Assembly (NCBI GenBank): GCA_963762255.1
Contig: CAVXKA010000002.1
Location: 1,056,001-1,120,000 of the forward strand
Origin: Candidatus Eiseniibacteriota bacterium
GTDB lineage: Bacteria; Eisenbacteria; RBG-16-71-46; JABDJR01
DNA length: 64,000 bases
Direction: 5' to 3'
Under the pieces are notes generated by a model. It searched no databases, had not been told where the DNA came from, and saw only the letters and a list, made by a program, of their open reading frames with translations. Position numbers and translations under genes: made by a program. Of the stretch, positions 19,284 through 28,419 are shown piece after piece; the first letter of the stretch is position 1; each line of letters opens with the position of its first letter.

Positions 19284-20366
19284 TCACCAGGTCGTCGAGC
19301 TGCCTCCCATGCCGTGGCACTGGCGGCACATGTTGCGGGCGTCAACGCCGTCGTCGCCCTGCTCAGTGACCGTACCGGTTCCCAGCATGTAGATGAGGCC
19401 GAACGCGTTCTGGTTGCCATGACCCTTGTGGCAGCTCATGCACGAGGGGGTCAGGTCGGTGTCGGCAGCCAGATAGGTGCCGGCACGCTTGCCAGCGGGG
19501 GACATGACCTGGACCTGGTTCACCTTGCCGGCGAACCGGCTGAGGCTGGAGTGGCCGCCGCCGACAGCGCCGATGTTCACGGTGCTGGACGGGTGACGAT
19601 GGAACTCCTCCCAGATGCCGCCGCCGATGTCCACGCCGCCGACCTCAGCACCGCCCATGTCGCCATGGAAGTTGGTGTGGCAGGACTTGCACAGGTTGGC
19701 GTAGGCCGACGCAGTCGCCGAGGGCTCGTTGAACGTGATGTGGTTGTAGCCGTAGTGATTGGCACTCGTGCCACTGGAGGCATCCTCGAACACCGAGAGG
19801 GCCAGGTTGTTCGCGCCGTCCGCGTCCAGGCGCGAGTAGCCGATGCTCGCCGTGCCGGACCGGTACAGGTTGCGATACCCGCCGTTGGTGACACCGGTGG
19901 GAAGGCCGCTGGCCCGCCCGTGCGGCGAGTGGCAGTCGGTGCACTCGAGACCGTCTGCATTGGTGAACGTGCCGCCCGGAGCGACGTCGGTCGAGTTCAG
20001 GGTGTGTCCGGCCGCGGCCGGGTAGAGGCCGTTGCCGCCCACCTCGTTCAGAGCGCCAGCCTGACGGACGTAGCCGTTGGTGTGGCCCTCGAACACGTCG
20101 GGCGCCCAGCTCTGCCCGTCATGGCAGCCAAGGCACATGTCGTTGATGTCGTTGCGGAGCAGGAACTCGTACGGGCCAGCGGCGCCGAGCGGGTTATAGA
20201 TCCCACTTCCGTTGGCGTTGTAGCCATGGGTCTGGCTGTAGTGCATCACGTGACAGTCGGAGCAGATCAGGGTCGAGTTCATGTGGAAGTCGCCCGCGAA
20301 GCTCACAGACGCCAGCGCGGCCACAGCGACGAGGACCCCCACGTGGAGCATGAGTTGTTTCCTCAT
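19284..20366 (-). CDS. omcS: OmcS-family hexaheme cytochrome (candidate nanowire subunit)
   Basis: Signal peptide then FHMNSTLICSDCHVMH; GH...APGGT...LECTDCHSPHG, CKSCHTNFH...RHP, CMSCHKGHG and terminal CRQCH in OmcS order. Confidence 0.75.
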   Translation of the reverse strand: MRKQLMLHVGVLVAVAALASVSFAGDFHMNSTLICSDCHVMHYSQTHGYNANGSGIYNPLGAAGPYEFLLRNDINDMCLGCHDGQSWAPDVFEGHTNGYVRQAGALNEVGGNGLYPAAAGHTLNSTDVAPGGTFTNADGLECTDCHSPHGRASGLPTGVTNGGYRNLYRSGTASIGYSRLDADGANNLALSVFEDASSGTSANHYGYNHITFNEPSATASAYANLCKSCHTNFHGDMGGAEVGGVDIGGGIWEEFHRHPSSTVNIGAVGGGHSSLSRFAGKVNQVQVMSPAGKRAGTYLAADTDLTPSCMSCHKGHGNQNAFGLIYMLGTGTVTEQGDDGVDARNMCRQCHGMGGSSTTW

Positions 20367-21412
20367 CACCACCTATACCTCCCTTGCAGTGTTGCGAGAC
20401 TCGCCCCGGCTGCACCGGGGCCTCCTTGCTCGAGGGTCGCACCCGCAGGATGTTCGGATGCCGGTACTTGGACCTCGAGCACCTGGAAGCGAGCTCCCAC
20501 CCGCTCCAAGACCACGAGACGGTCGGGCGCAAGAAACGCGCAGCCGCTCGGATAATCGAACTGGCCGGGACCGTGGCCGAAGCCGCCGATCCGACCCAAA
20601 TACGTGCCCTGCACATCGAAGACGCTGATCGAGTGGCGAACGGTGTCGGTGACCCAGAGCGTCCCACCGGGTCCCCACGTCACGTCGCTCACCATGGAGA
20701 AGGTGCCGTCGCCTTCGCCGTGTCGTCCGAATGCGGTGATAAGGGTGCCTTCAACGGAAAAGAGAAGGACGGGCTTCTCGGCCATCGGGTCGGCCACCGC
20801 GATCATCGTCTCGGTCGGATCCACGTCCAGGGCGGTGGGGCCGGTGAACGGGCCCGTCTCGCTGGAATCGAAGCCGACATGGGTGACCGGTCTGCCATCC
20901 GAATCGCCTACCACAAAGCCGGGCCGCTCACCGCCGCAGAGAAGGTAGATCCGACCGCTCGGGCCGATCACGATGTCCTGAGGACGGGCATCGTCGCCGA
21001 CTCCTTCCGGGAGAAGCGACGGGAGATACGCGAGGTGCGTGCCGCGGGGGGTGAGTACTTCGACTTCGCGGCTCATGTTGTCGACCAGGAAGAGCCGCAT
21101 GCGCCGGTCGACGGCGAGAGACCGGGGCTCGCTGGCGTCCTTGCCGTTCGGCAGATCGAAGGCCACGACGCCCCGGGAGCGATAGGCCGCATCGAACGTG
21201 GCGATCCGGTGATTTCCGGTATCGGCGATGACGATCATGCCCCGGGACGGGTCCGTGACGAGGCCCTGGGGACGCTTGAAGGCGTCGAGAGGCGCCGGGC
21301 CCTGGACGATGGCCAGGACCGACTTGATGGCGGGTTCGCTGGCCTCGGCGGAGGGGGCCAAGGCCACCACCGCTGTACCCAGCGTAACTAGCACCGCGCG
21401 GCGCAGATGCAT
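20366..21412 (-). CDS. Exported NHL-repeat beta-propeller protein
   Basis: FKRPQGL, IADTGNHRI, GEGDGTF, WVTDT and GPGQFDYPSG repeats; stop overlaps the omcS-like start (TGATG). Confidence 0.88.
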   Translation of the reverse strand: MHLRRAVLVTLGTAVVALAPSAEASEPAIKSVLAIVQGPAPLDAFKRPQGLVTDPSRGMIVIADTGNHRIATFDAAYRSRGVVAFDLPNGKDASEPRSLAVDRRMRLFLVDNMSREVEVLTPRGTHLAYLPSLLPEGVGDDARPQDIVIGPSGRIYLLCGGERPGFVVGDSDGRPVTHVGFDSSETGPFTGPTALDVDPTETMIAVADPMAEKPVLLFSVEGTLITAFGRHGEGDGTFSMVSDVTWGPGGTLWVTDTVRHSISVFDVQGTYLGRIGGFGHGPGQFDYPSGCAFLAPDRLVVLERVGARFQVLEVQVPASEHPAGATLEQGGPGAAGASLATLQGRYRW

Positions 21413-21506
21413 GAATCCTCTCCAAGCAGCCCATGGCGCCAGAGGCCTGCCCCTGCGGAGGGCGCGGGCCGGAATACGACGTCCAAGAGATTATCTTGAA
21501 AAGAGA

Positions 21507-21524
21507 ATGTGATCTATTTCACAA
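21507..21524. promoter_or_regulatory. Palindromic Rex- or CRP/FNR-type operator
   Basis: TGTGA-TCTATT-TCACA at 21508..21523; minus strand reads TTGTGAAATAGATCACAT, ~95 bp upstream of the NHL start. Confidence 0.65.
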
Positions 21525-21626
21525 AAGCGATAACGCATTTTGCGCGAACGGATTGTGCAGTATATTGGGCACCGTAAAGCATTGACCGCCAACAGAATAG
21601 ATGATTTGTGTCGTGTTTAGGGGCTC

Positions 21627-21671
21627 ACAAAAGAACCGGCCCGCCGAGGCTTTCGCTCCAGCGGGCCGGTT
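21627..21671 (-). terminator. Intrinsic terminator after the imcH-like/tetraheme genes
   Basis: AACCGGCCCGC...GCGGGCCGGTT stem followed on the minus strand by CTTTTGT. Confidence 0.75.
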
Positions 21672-21712
21672 GAGAGGCATACAGGGCCGAGCCCCGAATC
21701 AGGTCGGTCGGA

Positions 21713-22285
21713 CTAGCCGCCCGCCTTCGGGATCGGGTGCGCGATCTTCTTGACGTACTCGGCGAACTTGAACTCCTTGTGGAAGGGGTTCCCCTCCGCC
21801 TTGTGGCAGGTCATGCAGAGCTTCTCATCCGGCGCGAGCAGGCCGACCGTCTCCGGCTTCACCGTGCCCGCGTAGAGCTCCTTCATAACCTTCATGTCCT
21901 TGTATGCGCTCCCCGGGCCATGGCAGCTCTCGCAGGACACGCCCTCTTCGAGCGTGATCTTCTGGGTGGCCAGGTCCTTCATGACCGAGAACGCGGTCAC
22001 GTGGCAGCTCAGGCACTTTTCGGACTTCTGCGGGTCGTCGATCCCCAGTTCCTTGGCCTTCGCCTTCGACTCGGGGCTCGCGAGCGACGCGTACGCCTTG
22101 GCGTGAGCGCTCTTCTCCCACAGCGCGAACTGGTTACCTGTGGCGTCCTTGCTGTGGCACATCTTGCAGTTCTTGATGCCCATGTAGGTGTTCGCCTTGG
22201 CGGGCTCAGCGGCGAAAGCCGCCATGCAGGACAAGGTCAGGAACACCCCCACGAGCGCGACGATCAGAGTCTTCTTCACTGTCAT
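21713..22285 (-). CDS. Periplasmic tetraheme cytochrome c (c554-like)
   Basis: Signal peptide; YMG..CKMCH, W..SAHAKA, CLSCH, GVSCESCHGPGS, CMTCH; Lys-rich. Confidence 0.85.
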   Translation of the reverse strand: MTVKKTLIVALVGVFLTLSCMAAFAAEPAKANTYMGIKNCKMCHSKDATGNQFALWEKSAHAKAYASLASPESKAKAKELGIDDPQKSEKCLSCHVTAFSVMKDLATQKITLEEGVSCESCHGPGSAYKDMKVMKELYAGTVKPETVGLLAPDEKLCMTCHKAEGNPFHKEFKFAEYVKKIAHPIPKAGG

Positions 22286-22368
22286 TGAACCTCCCCTACC
22301 CGATTCCGGGTTCGCTGTCCGACCAGGCACCTTACTGCCGGAAACCGCCCGCCGACAAGCATCTTCTC

Positions 22369-23883
22369 CTACTGCATGGGAGGGAAGACGCTGTCGTCGC
22401 CGGTATGACAGTCCGTGCACGGCATCTCCGTTTCGGCCCCGCCGATATCCGCCGGGTGCCGGAAAGGCAAGCCGGCGGCTACCAGAGTGTCCCCGATCTC
22501 GTGCACGATGCCCTGCGAGGCGATCGTGTGGCAGAGGTTGCAGTCATCGCTGATCCCCTCGCCATCCGCGGTCCGCAGGTCGGAACCGTGACACCGGAAA
22601 CACCCCGGATAGATGAAATGTCCTCGATTCTCGGGATAGCGGTCCCAGCGGACCCGCATCTCCGGAAACATGTTCTTCCCGTAGATATCCTGAACGGCGG
22701 CGATTGCTTCCGGGGGAAGTGAGACTCCCTGTCCCTCGTAGAAGGCTCCCATCGCCAGCGCGATGGAATCTCGTGCCCCTGCCGTCGTGGCGTAGTTCCG
22801 GGAGAGGGCCTCCACCGCCACGCGCTTGATCCACGGGATGCCAGGATCGAGCCTCCCGGAGGCCATCGCCTCGTTCACCGTCTCCATCGGGGAGCGATAC
22901 CGATGTGAGGGCCGGTTGTGGCAGTCCATGCAGTCGAACGGCCGGACGAGCTTCTCAGCCCGCTTGCGCACCAACACCGAGTCCGGGAGCGGCTCTCCGC
23001 CGCGCGTGTAGACGACTTTCCGGCCGTCCTTGGACCAGGTGACTTGGTCGAAGCCCTGGCGCGACCCATCGGTCGCGACATAGGTCATGTGGTTGGCCTT
23101 GTCGATGTGCCAGTGGATGCCGGTGGGCCTTCCTTCGGGAGAGGCCGAGGTGCCTCCCACCCGGACCAGCAGGTTGATCCGCCATTGCGTGTTCTCGCGG
23201 TCACTCAGGAAATGGTCGCGGATGACCTGAGTGGCGGGGAAGAACTTCTGGGGCCAGTGGCACTCCTCGCACACTTCCTGCGCGGGTCGCAGGTTTTCGA
23301 TGGGGGTGGGGATCGGCCGGGGATAAGTACCCAGGACGGTCTTTACGACCTGTCGGGCGCCGGAGAGCTTGCTCTTCACGTACCAGCCCGCGCCGGGCCC
23401 GATGTGGCAGGCAGCGCATTCCACCTGGGCGTGGGAGGAGTTCATGTAAGCGGTGTACTCAGGGTTCATCACCTGATGGCAGACCTTGCCGCAGAAGGAC
23501 ACCGATTCGGTGTACTGGTAGCCCTGGTAGAGACCGATCGTGGTGATGAGGAGGAAGGTGCATGCTCCAACCAGCGCGGTGACCATGAGGTTGCGGTGGT
23601 GGGCGTTGCCGAGATCGATGATGAGCGGCCGTGTCTTCCCCGATTCGCGGCGCTTCTTCTCGCGCCACATCCCGAATGGGACCAGGAGGAGCCCGAGCAC
23701 CATGATTCCGGGAAAGACGATGAACGTGAAGATCCCCAGATAGGGGTTGGAACCCTTGGCGAAGACGCTGAGCAGGAAGAGGATGATGATGGCGGCCAGG
23801 CCGAAGAGGGCCAGCCCCAACCCGAGCAGGGTGAAGAAGTTGTAGACCAACCCGGGGTAGCGCCCCTTCAGGTTCGTTTCCAT
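22369..23883 (-). CDS. imcH: NapC/NirT-family inner-membrane heptaheme quinol dehydrogenase, ImcH-like
   Basis: Three N-terminal TM helices with NPYLGI; FCGKVCH (CX3CH) plus 6 CxxCH; CHIGPGAGWYVKSKLSG and CHNRPSH motifs. Confidence 0.75.
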   Translation of the reverse strand: METNLKGRYPGLVYNFFTLLGLGLALFGLAAIIILFLLSVFAKGSNPYLGIFTFIVFPGIMVLGLLLVPFGMWREKKRRESGKTRPLIIDLGNAHHRNLMVTALVGACTFLLITTIGLYQGYQYTESVSFCGKVCHQVMNPEYTAYMNSSHAQVECAACHIGPGAGWYVKSKLSGARQVVKTVLGTYPRPIPTPIENLRPAQEVCEECHWPQKFFPATQVIRDHFLSDRENTQWRINLLVRVGGTSASPEGRPTGIHWHIDKANHMTYVATDGSRQGFDQVTWSKDGRKVVYTRGGEPLPDSVLVRKRAEKLVRPFDCMDCHNRPSHRYRSPMETVNEAMASGRLDPGIPWIKRVAVEALSRNYATTAGARDSIALAMGAFYEGQGVSLPPEAIAAVQDIYGKNMFPEMRVRWDRYPENRGHFIYPGCFRCHGSDLRTADGEGISDDCNLCHTIASQGIVHEIGDTLVAAGLPFRHPADIGGAETEMPCTDCHTGDDSVFPPMQ

Positions 23884-24153
23884 GGATCCGAACGCCCTCC
23901 TTCTTGGTCTGAGACAGTCGCCGTGCAGTGTGGCATCGCGACTTGCCGAATCAAAAGGAAAATATCCGGGTTCACAGGATTCATGGCTACAACCGGGAGC
24001 CCGGGGGCCTCGGCGTGGCCCTCATCTTCGTCGCCCTGACCCTGGTAGGATTGGCGATCAAGATCCGCGACACGACGCGGTCATCCCGGACCTGAGTCGC
24101 GGCGGACGATCCGGCTCGCGAGGCGCGGGCCGGCAGTCACGGGGAGAACGACG

Positions 24154-25158
24154 ATGGAGTACGTGAAGCTCGGCCGCACCGGGCTCGATGTCTCGCGCAT
24201 CTGTCTGGGGTGCATGTCCTACGGCGATCCCGCGTGGCGCCCGTGGGTGCTGTCGGAAGACGCGGCGGGCGAGCACTTCCGCGCCGCGGTCGAGGCGGGC
24301 ATCAACTTCTTCGATACCGCCGACATGTACTCGCGCGGGCGTAGCGAAGAGGTCACCGGCCGCTGGTTGCGCGAGCTGACCCGCCGCGACGAAGTCGTCG
24401 TGGCGAGCAAGCTCTACTTTCCGCTGCGTGACGGGCCGAACTCGCAGGGGCTCTCCCGCAAACGCGTCTTTGACGCCTGCGACGCCTCGTTGCGCCGGCT
24501 CGGCCTCGACACCATCGACCTCTATCAGATCCACCGCTGGGATCCCGAGACGCCGATCGAGGAAACCCTCGAGGCGCTGGACGCGCTGGTTCGCGCGGGC
24601 AAGGTGCGCTACCTGGGCGCAAGCAGCATGGCGGCCTGGCAGTTCGCGAAAGCGATCTACACCGCGGACCGCTTGGGTCTTCACCGCTTTGTCGCGATGC
24701 AGAACCACTACAACCTCATCTACCGTGAAGAAGAGCGGGAAATGATTCCCCTGTGCGACTCGGAGGGGATCGGCGTGATCCCGTGGAGTCCGCTCGCGCG
24801 AGGGCTCCTGGCCGGCAACCGCAAGCGTCTTGCGCAGGAGCCCACCGAGCGCGCGAGGAGCGACGACTACACGCGCCAGCTCTACACCGATGCCGACTTC
24901 GACGTCGTTGAAGCGGTGGTTGAGGTAGCGCGCGGGCGCGGCATCAAGCCGGCGCAGGCCGCGCTGGCCTGGATCCTCCAGGCACCGGGAGTCACCGCGC
25001 CCATCGTGGGCGCGACCCGGCTGGAACACCTCCAGGACGCGGCGGCCGCGGTCTCGATTCGGCTCGACCCGGAGGAGGTGGAACGGCTCGAAGCGCCCTA
25101 CCGGCCACACCCGGTGCTGGGACACCGCGCGCCCGTGGCCGGCGGTCGGGCCGTCTAG
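24154..25158 (+). CDS. Aldo/keto reductase
   Basis: LGCMSYG, FFDTADMYS, DLYQIHRWD and PWSPLARG motifs. Confidence 0.93.
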   Translation: MEYVKLGRTGLDVSRICLGCMSYGDPAWRPWVLSEDAAGEHFRAAVEAGINFFDTADMYSRGRSEEVTGRWLRELTRRDEVVVASKLYFPLRDGPNSQGLSRKRVFDACDASLRRLGLDTIDLYQIHRWDPETPIEETLEALDALVRAGKVRYLGASSMAAWQFAKAIYTADRLGLHRFVAMQNHYNLIYREEEREMIPLCDSEGIGVIPWSPLARGLLAGNRKRLAQEPTERARSDDYTRQLYTDADFDVVEAVVEVARGRGIKPAQAALAWILQAPGVTAPIVGATRLEHLQDAAAAVSIRLDPEEVERLEAPYRPHPVLGHRAPVAGGRAV

Positions 25159-25259
25159 GCGCCGCGCAGCGCGTCGCCCGTCGACCGCAGTCCGAAGGGC
25201 CGCGAAGCGGGGGCCCCTTCGGCGAGGACGACGGGCGCGTGCGGAGCGGCGCCTGGACG

Positions 25260-26216
25260 CTACGACATCCCGGACAGGTAGTGCTCAGCGTCGAGCGCGG
25301 CGGCACAACCGGCGCCGGCAGCGGTGATCGCCTGCCGGTAGCGGAAGTCGTGTACGTCGCCGGCGGCGAAGACCCCGGGCACGCTCGTCTCCTGACCGTG
25401 CTTGAGCACGATGTAGCCGGTCTCGTTGGTCTCGAGCTGGCCCTCCAGAAACGCGGTGTTGGGGACGTGGCCGATGGCGTAGAAGAGGCCGCCCACTTCG
25501 ACCTTGCGACGGGAGCCGTCCTTGGTGGAGAGGACGGTGATCGCCTCGAGCTGATCGGAGCCGTGGAGCTCGTCCACCGTCGTGCTCCAGAGCATTTCGA
25601 TCTTCGGGTTCTCGAGCACGCGCTCCTGCATGATCTTGCTGGCGCGAAGCTCGTCGCGGCGATGCAGCACGTAGACCTTGCTCCCGTACTTGGCGAGGAA
25701 GCTCGCCTCCTCCATCGCGGTGTCGCCGCCACCGACCACAGCCAGCGGCTTGCCGCGGAACATCGGGAGCGCGCCGTCGCAGACCGCGCACGCGCTCACG
25801 CCGTTCTGCCAGAACTTCTCGCTCCCTTTCGGATCGAGCTTCTTGGCCCGGGCCCCGGTGGCGACGATGACGCAGAGCGCGGCGATCTCCTGCCCCTCGG
25901 AGGTCCAGAGCCGGAAGGGGCTCTGCTTCAAGTCGACTCGGCTCACGTCCTCCTGCACTGTGCGCGCCCCGAATCGCTGGGCCTGGGCACGCAGGAGATC
26001 CATCAACTCGCCGCCGCTCACCCCCTCGGGGAAGCCGGGGAAGTTCTCCACCTCGGTCGTGGTCATGAGCTGGCCGCCGGGGATCTCGCCGCGATCGTTC
26101 GCGAGCGATCCCTCCACGATGAGCGGTTGAACCTCGGCGCGCGCCGCGTAGATGGCGGCGGTGAAGGCGGCGGGACCCGAACCGACGATGACGACCTTTT
26201 CCGGCGTAGCTGACAC
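25260..26216 (-). CDS. trxB: Thioredoxin reductase
   Basis: [26 protein letters not shown] and YRQAIT motifs. Confidence 0.95.
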   Translation of the reverse strand: MSATPEKVVIVGSGPAAFTAAIYAARAEVQPLIVEGSLANDRGEIPGGQLMTTTEVENFPGFPEGVSGGELMDLLRAQAQRFGARTVQEDVSRVDLKQSPFRLWTSEGQEIAALCVIVATGARAKKLDPKGSEKFWQNGVSACAVCDGALPMFRGKPLAVVGGGDTAMEEASFLAKYGSKVYVLHRRDELRASKIMQERVLENPKIEMLWSTTVDELHGSDQLEAITVLSTKDGSRRKVEVGGLFYAIGHVPNTAFLEGQLETNETGYIVLKHGQETSVPGVFAAGDVHDFRYRQAITAAGAGCAAALDAEHYLSGMS

Positions 26217-26490
26217 GATTCCAACCTCCCTGCGAGAGCGATGAGCGAACGAGGCCCTAATCCTACACGGGCCGCCGCAGGGCCGTCATCCCGGGCCTCG
26301 GCGCGGTCAAACGGCCTCGGCGAGCCCACGCGGCGGGATACTGCCTCCTGGAGGTCCGGCGCATATCACAATTCGCGATTCCGGCACTCGACGGTCACGG
26401 TGCGGTCTGTTTAGAATGGCTCGGATTTTCGTATGGGATCCCCTGCTGCGGGATCATCCTTGCCAGGCCATTCTTGAAGTGAGGACGACG

Positions 26491-27642
26491 ATGCCGACGG
26501 TCTTTATTCCGAAGGAGATCACCCCCGGCGAAACGCGGGTCGCGGCGATGCCCGACACCGTAAAGCGCCTGGTCAAGGACGGGTTCACGGTAACGATCGA
26601 GGCCGGCGCCGGCCTCACGGCCAGCGTTCCCGACAAGCTTTTCCAGGACGCCGGGGCCACCGTGGGGTCGGATCTGCTCGCCCTCTATGCGGCGGCGGAC
26701 GTCGTGGGGCGGCTCAACCCGCCGCGCATGAACGAGAAGCTCGGCAAGCACGAAGCCGAGTTGATGAAGGACGGGGCGATCCTCGTCTCCTTCCTCTGGC
26801 CGATGGAGAACGCCGAGGCGGTGAAGATGCTCGCCAGCCGCAAGGCCACCGCGTTCGCGATGGATCTCATGCCCCGCACCACGCGCGGCCAGGCCTTCGA
26901 CGCGATTTCGTCCCAGGCCAACATCGCCGGTTACAAGGCGGTGCTGGTCGCGGCGAGCCACCTTCCCAGGCTCTTCCCCTTCATGACCACCCCGTCGGGC
27001 ACGATCAGCCCGGCCAAGGTCGTGATCATGGGCGCGGGGGTGGCCGGACTCCAGGCCATCGCCACCGCCAAGCGTCTCGGATCGGTGGTCGAGGTCTCCG
27101 ATGTGCGCCCCGCGGTGAAGGAGCAGGTCGAGTCATTGGGCGGACGATTCATCGAGGTACCCACCGACGCCAGCATGCAGGACGCGGGCGGCTACGCGCG
27201 CGAGGCGACTCCCGAGTTCCTGGCCAAGCAGCGCGAGATCGTGCGCAAGCACGTGGTCGAAGCCGATGTCGTCATCACCACCGCCCTCGTGCCGGGCAAG
27301 CCCGCGCCTCGGCTCATCACCGCCGACATGGTGAAGGAGATGAAGCTGGGCACGGTGATCGTGGACCTGGCCGCCGAGCGCGGCGGTAACTGCGAGCTGA
27401 CCGAACCGGGCAAGATCGTCGTGAAGGAAGGGGTGACCCTCGTCGGCACCCTGAACATGCCCGGCACCGTCCCCTTCCACTCGAGCGCGATGTACGCCCG
27501 CAACGTCTACGGCGTGATCGGGCTCATGTTCCAGAAGGGCGAGCGCAAGGTCAGCTTCGAGGACGACATTGTCGCAGCCTGCGTGGTCACCGATGCGGGC
27601 CAGGTGCGGCTGCCTGCTGTGTCGGAGGCGGCGAAGGGTTAG
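26491..27642 (+). CDS. pntAA: NAD(P) transhydrogenase alpha subunit, soluble domain I
   Basis: ETRVAA, SSQANIAGYKAV, GAGVAGLQAI, GGYARE and GGNCELT motifs; no TM segments. Confidence 0.9.
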   Translation: MPTVFIPKEITPGETRVAAMPDTVKRLVKDGFTVTIEAGAGLTASVPDKLFQDAGATVGSDLLALYAAADVVGRLNPPRMNEKLGKHEAELMKDGAILVSFLWPMENAEAVKMLASRKATAFAMDLMPRTTRGQAFDAISSQANIAGYKAVLVAASHLPRLFPFMTTPSGTISPAKVVIMGAGVAGLQAIATAKRLGSVVEVSDVRPAVKEQVESLGGRFIEVPTDASMQDAGGYAREATPEFLAKQREIVRKHVVEADVVITTALVPGKPAPRLITADMVKEMKLGTVIVDLAAERGGNCELTEPGKIVVKEGVTLVGTLNMPGTVPFHSSAMYARNVYGVIGLMFQKGERKVSFEDDIVAACVVTDAGQVRLPAVSEAAKG

Positions 27643-27661
27643 AGAATCGCCGCCGAGCCGC

Positions 27662-28419
27662 CTATTTCACTCTTCCGACGAGTCGGAGCAGACCGTCGAG
27701 AATGGTCAAGGGGTGGGGCGGACAGCCCGGGATGAACAGGTCGACGGGAAGCCGCGGTAGCGCCGTCATGCTGCTCGGGATGGTCGATGTAAGGGCCCGC
27801 CGCTGATGGCGCAGGCCCCGACCGCAATCACGATCTTCGGGTCGGGAACCGCATCGTAGGTCTTCTCCAAGGCCAAGCGCATGTTCTCCGTCACCGGGCC
27901 TGTGATCAATAGGCCGTCGGCGTGTCGAGGAGATGCCACGTACTCGATTCCGAAGCGACCGATGTCCCACCCAATCGTGGTGAGCACGTTCGTGTCGGCC
28001 TCGCATCCGTTGCAGCCGCCCGCGCTCACCACCCGCAGCTTCAGGGACCGGCCAAGCACCTTCCTCAGTCGCGCACCCAGGGCTTCGGCCAGCCGAAGCT
28101 CGTCCGCGTGCAACACCAGGTGATCCCGCTGGCCCGCCGCGAGTCGGTAGTCCGTCGTGTACATGATCTTCTTCTCGGGGCAGGCGTCCTCGCATTCCGC
28201 GCAAAACAGGCATTTGCCCAGATCGATCCTTACGCCACCGGACACTTCGATGGCGCCGGTGGGGCAAGCCGCCTCGCAATCGCTGCAGCCGGCGCGACAT
28301 TCGGCGGCCAGGATCACCGGCCGGCCTCGGAACCGATCGGGCAACACGGGGGGCGGGCCTTTGGGATACGAAGTCGTGCGATGCCCTTGCTGGATTCTGG
28401 CCAGAACCATCTTGATCAT
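27662..28419 (-). CDS. ehrS: Ehr complex small subunit: 2x[4Fe-4S] ferredoxin fused to a NuoB-like domain (frameshifts ~27760-27800)
   Basis: CRAGCSDCEAACP, CLFCAECEDACP, GGCNGCE, SPRHAD and GACA motifs; PGCPPHP lies in another frame. Confidence 0.85.

Noticed and set aside
18042-20555. 837-aa plus-strand ORF
   Set aside because: Antisense shadow of the cytochrome genes in high-GC DNA; no recognisable motifs
23931-23946. Sigma54-like TGGCA...TTGC (also minus strand ~11285-11299)
   Set aside because: GG-to-GC spacing is off by one base in both cases
25192-25222. Hairpin between the convergent AKR and trxB genes as a terminator
   Set aside because: Short imperfect stem with no U-tract in very GC-rich DNA; not enough support
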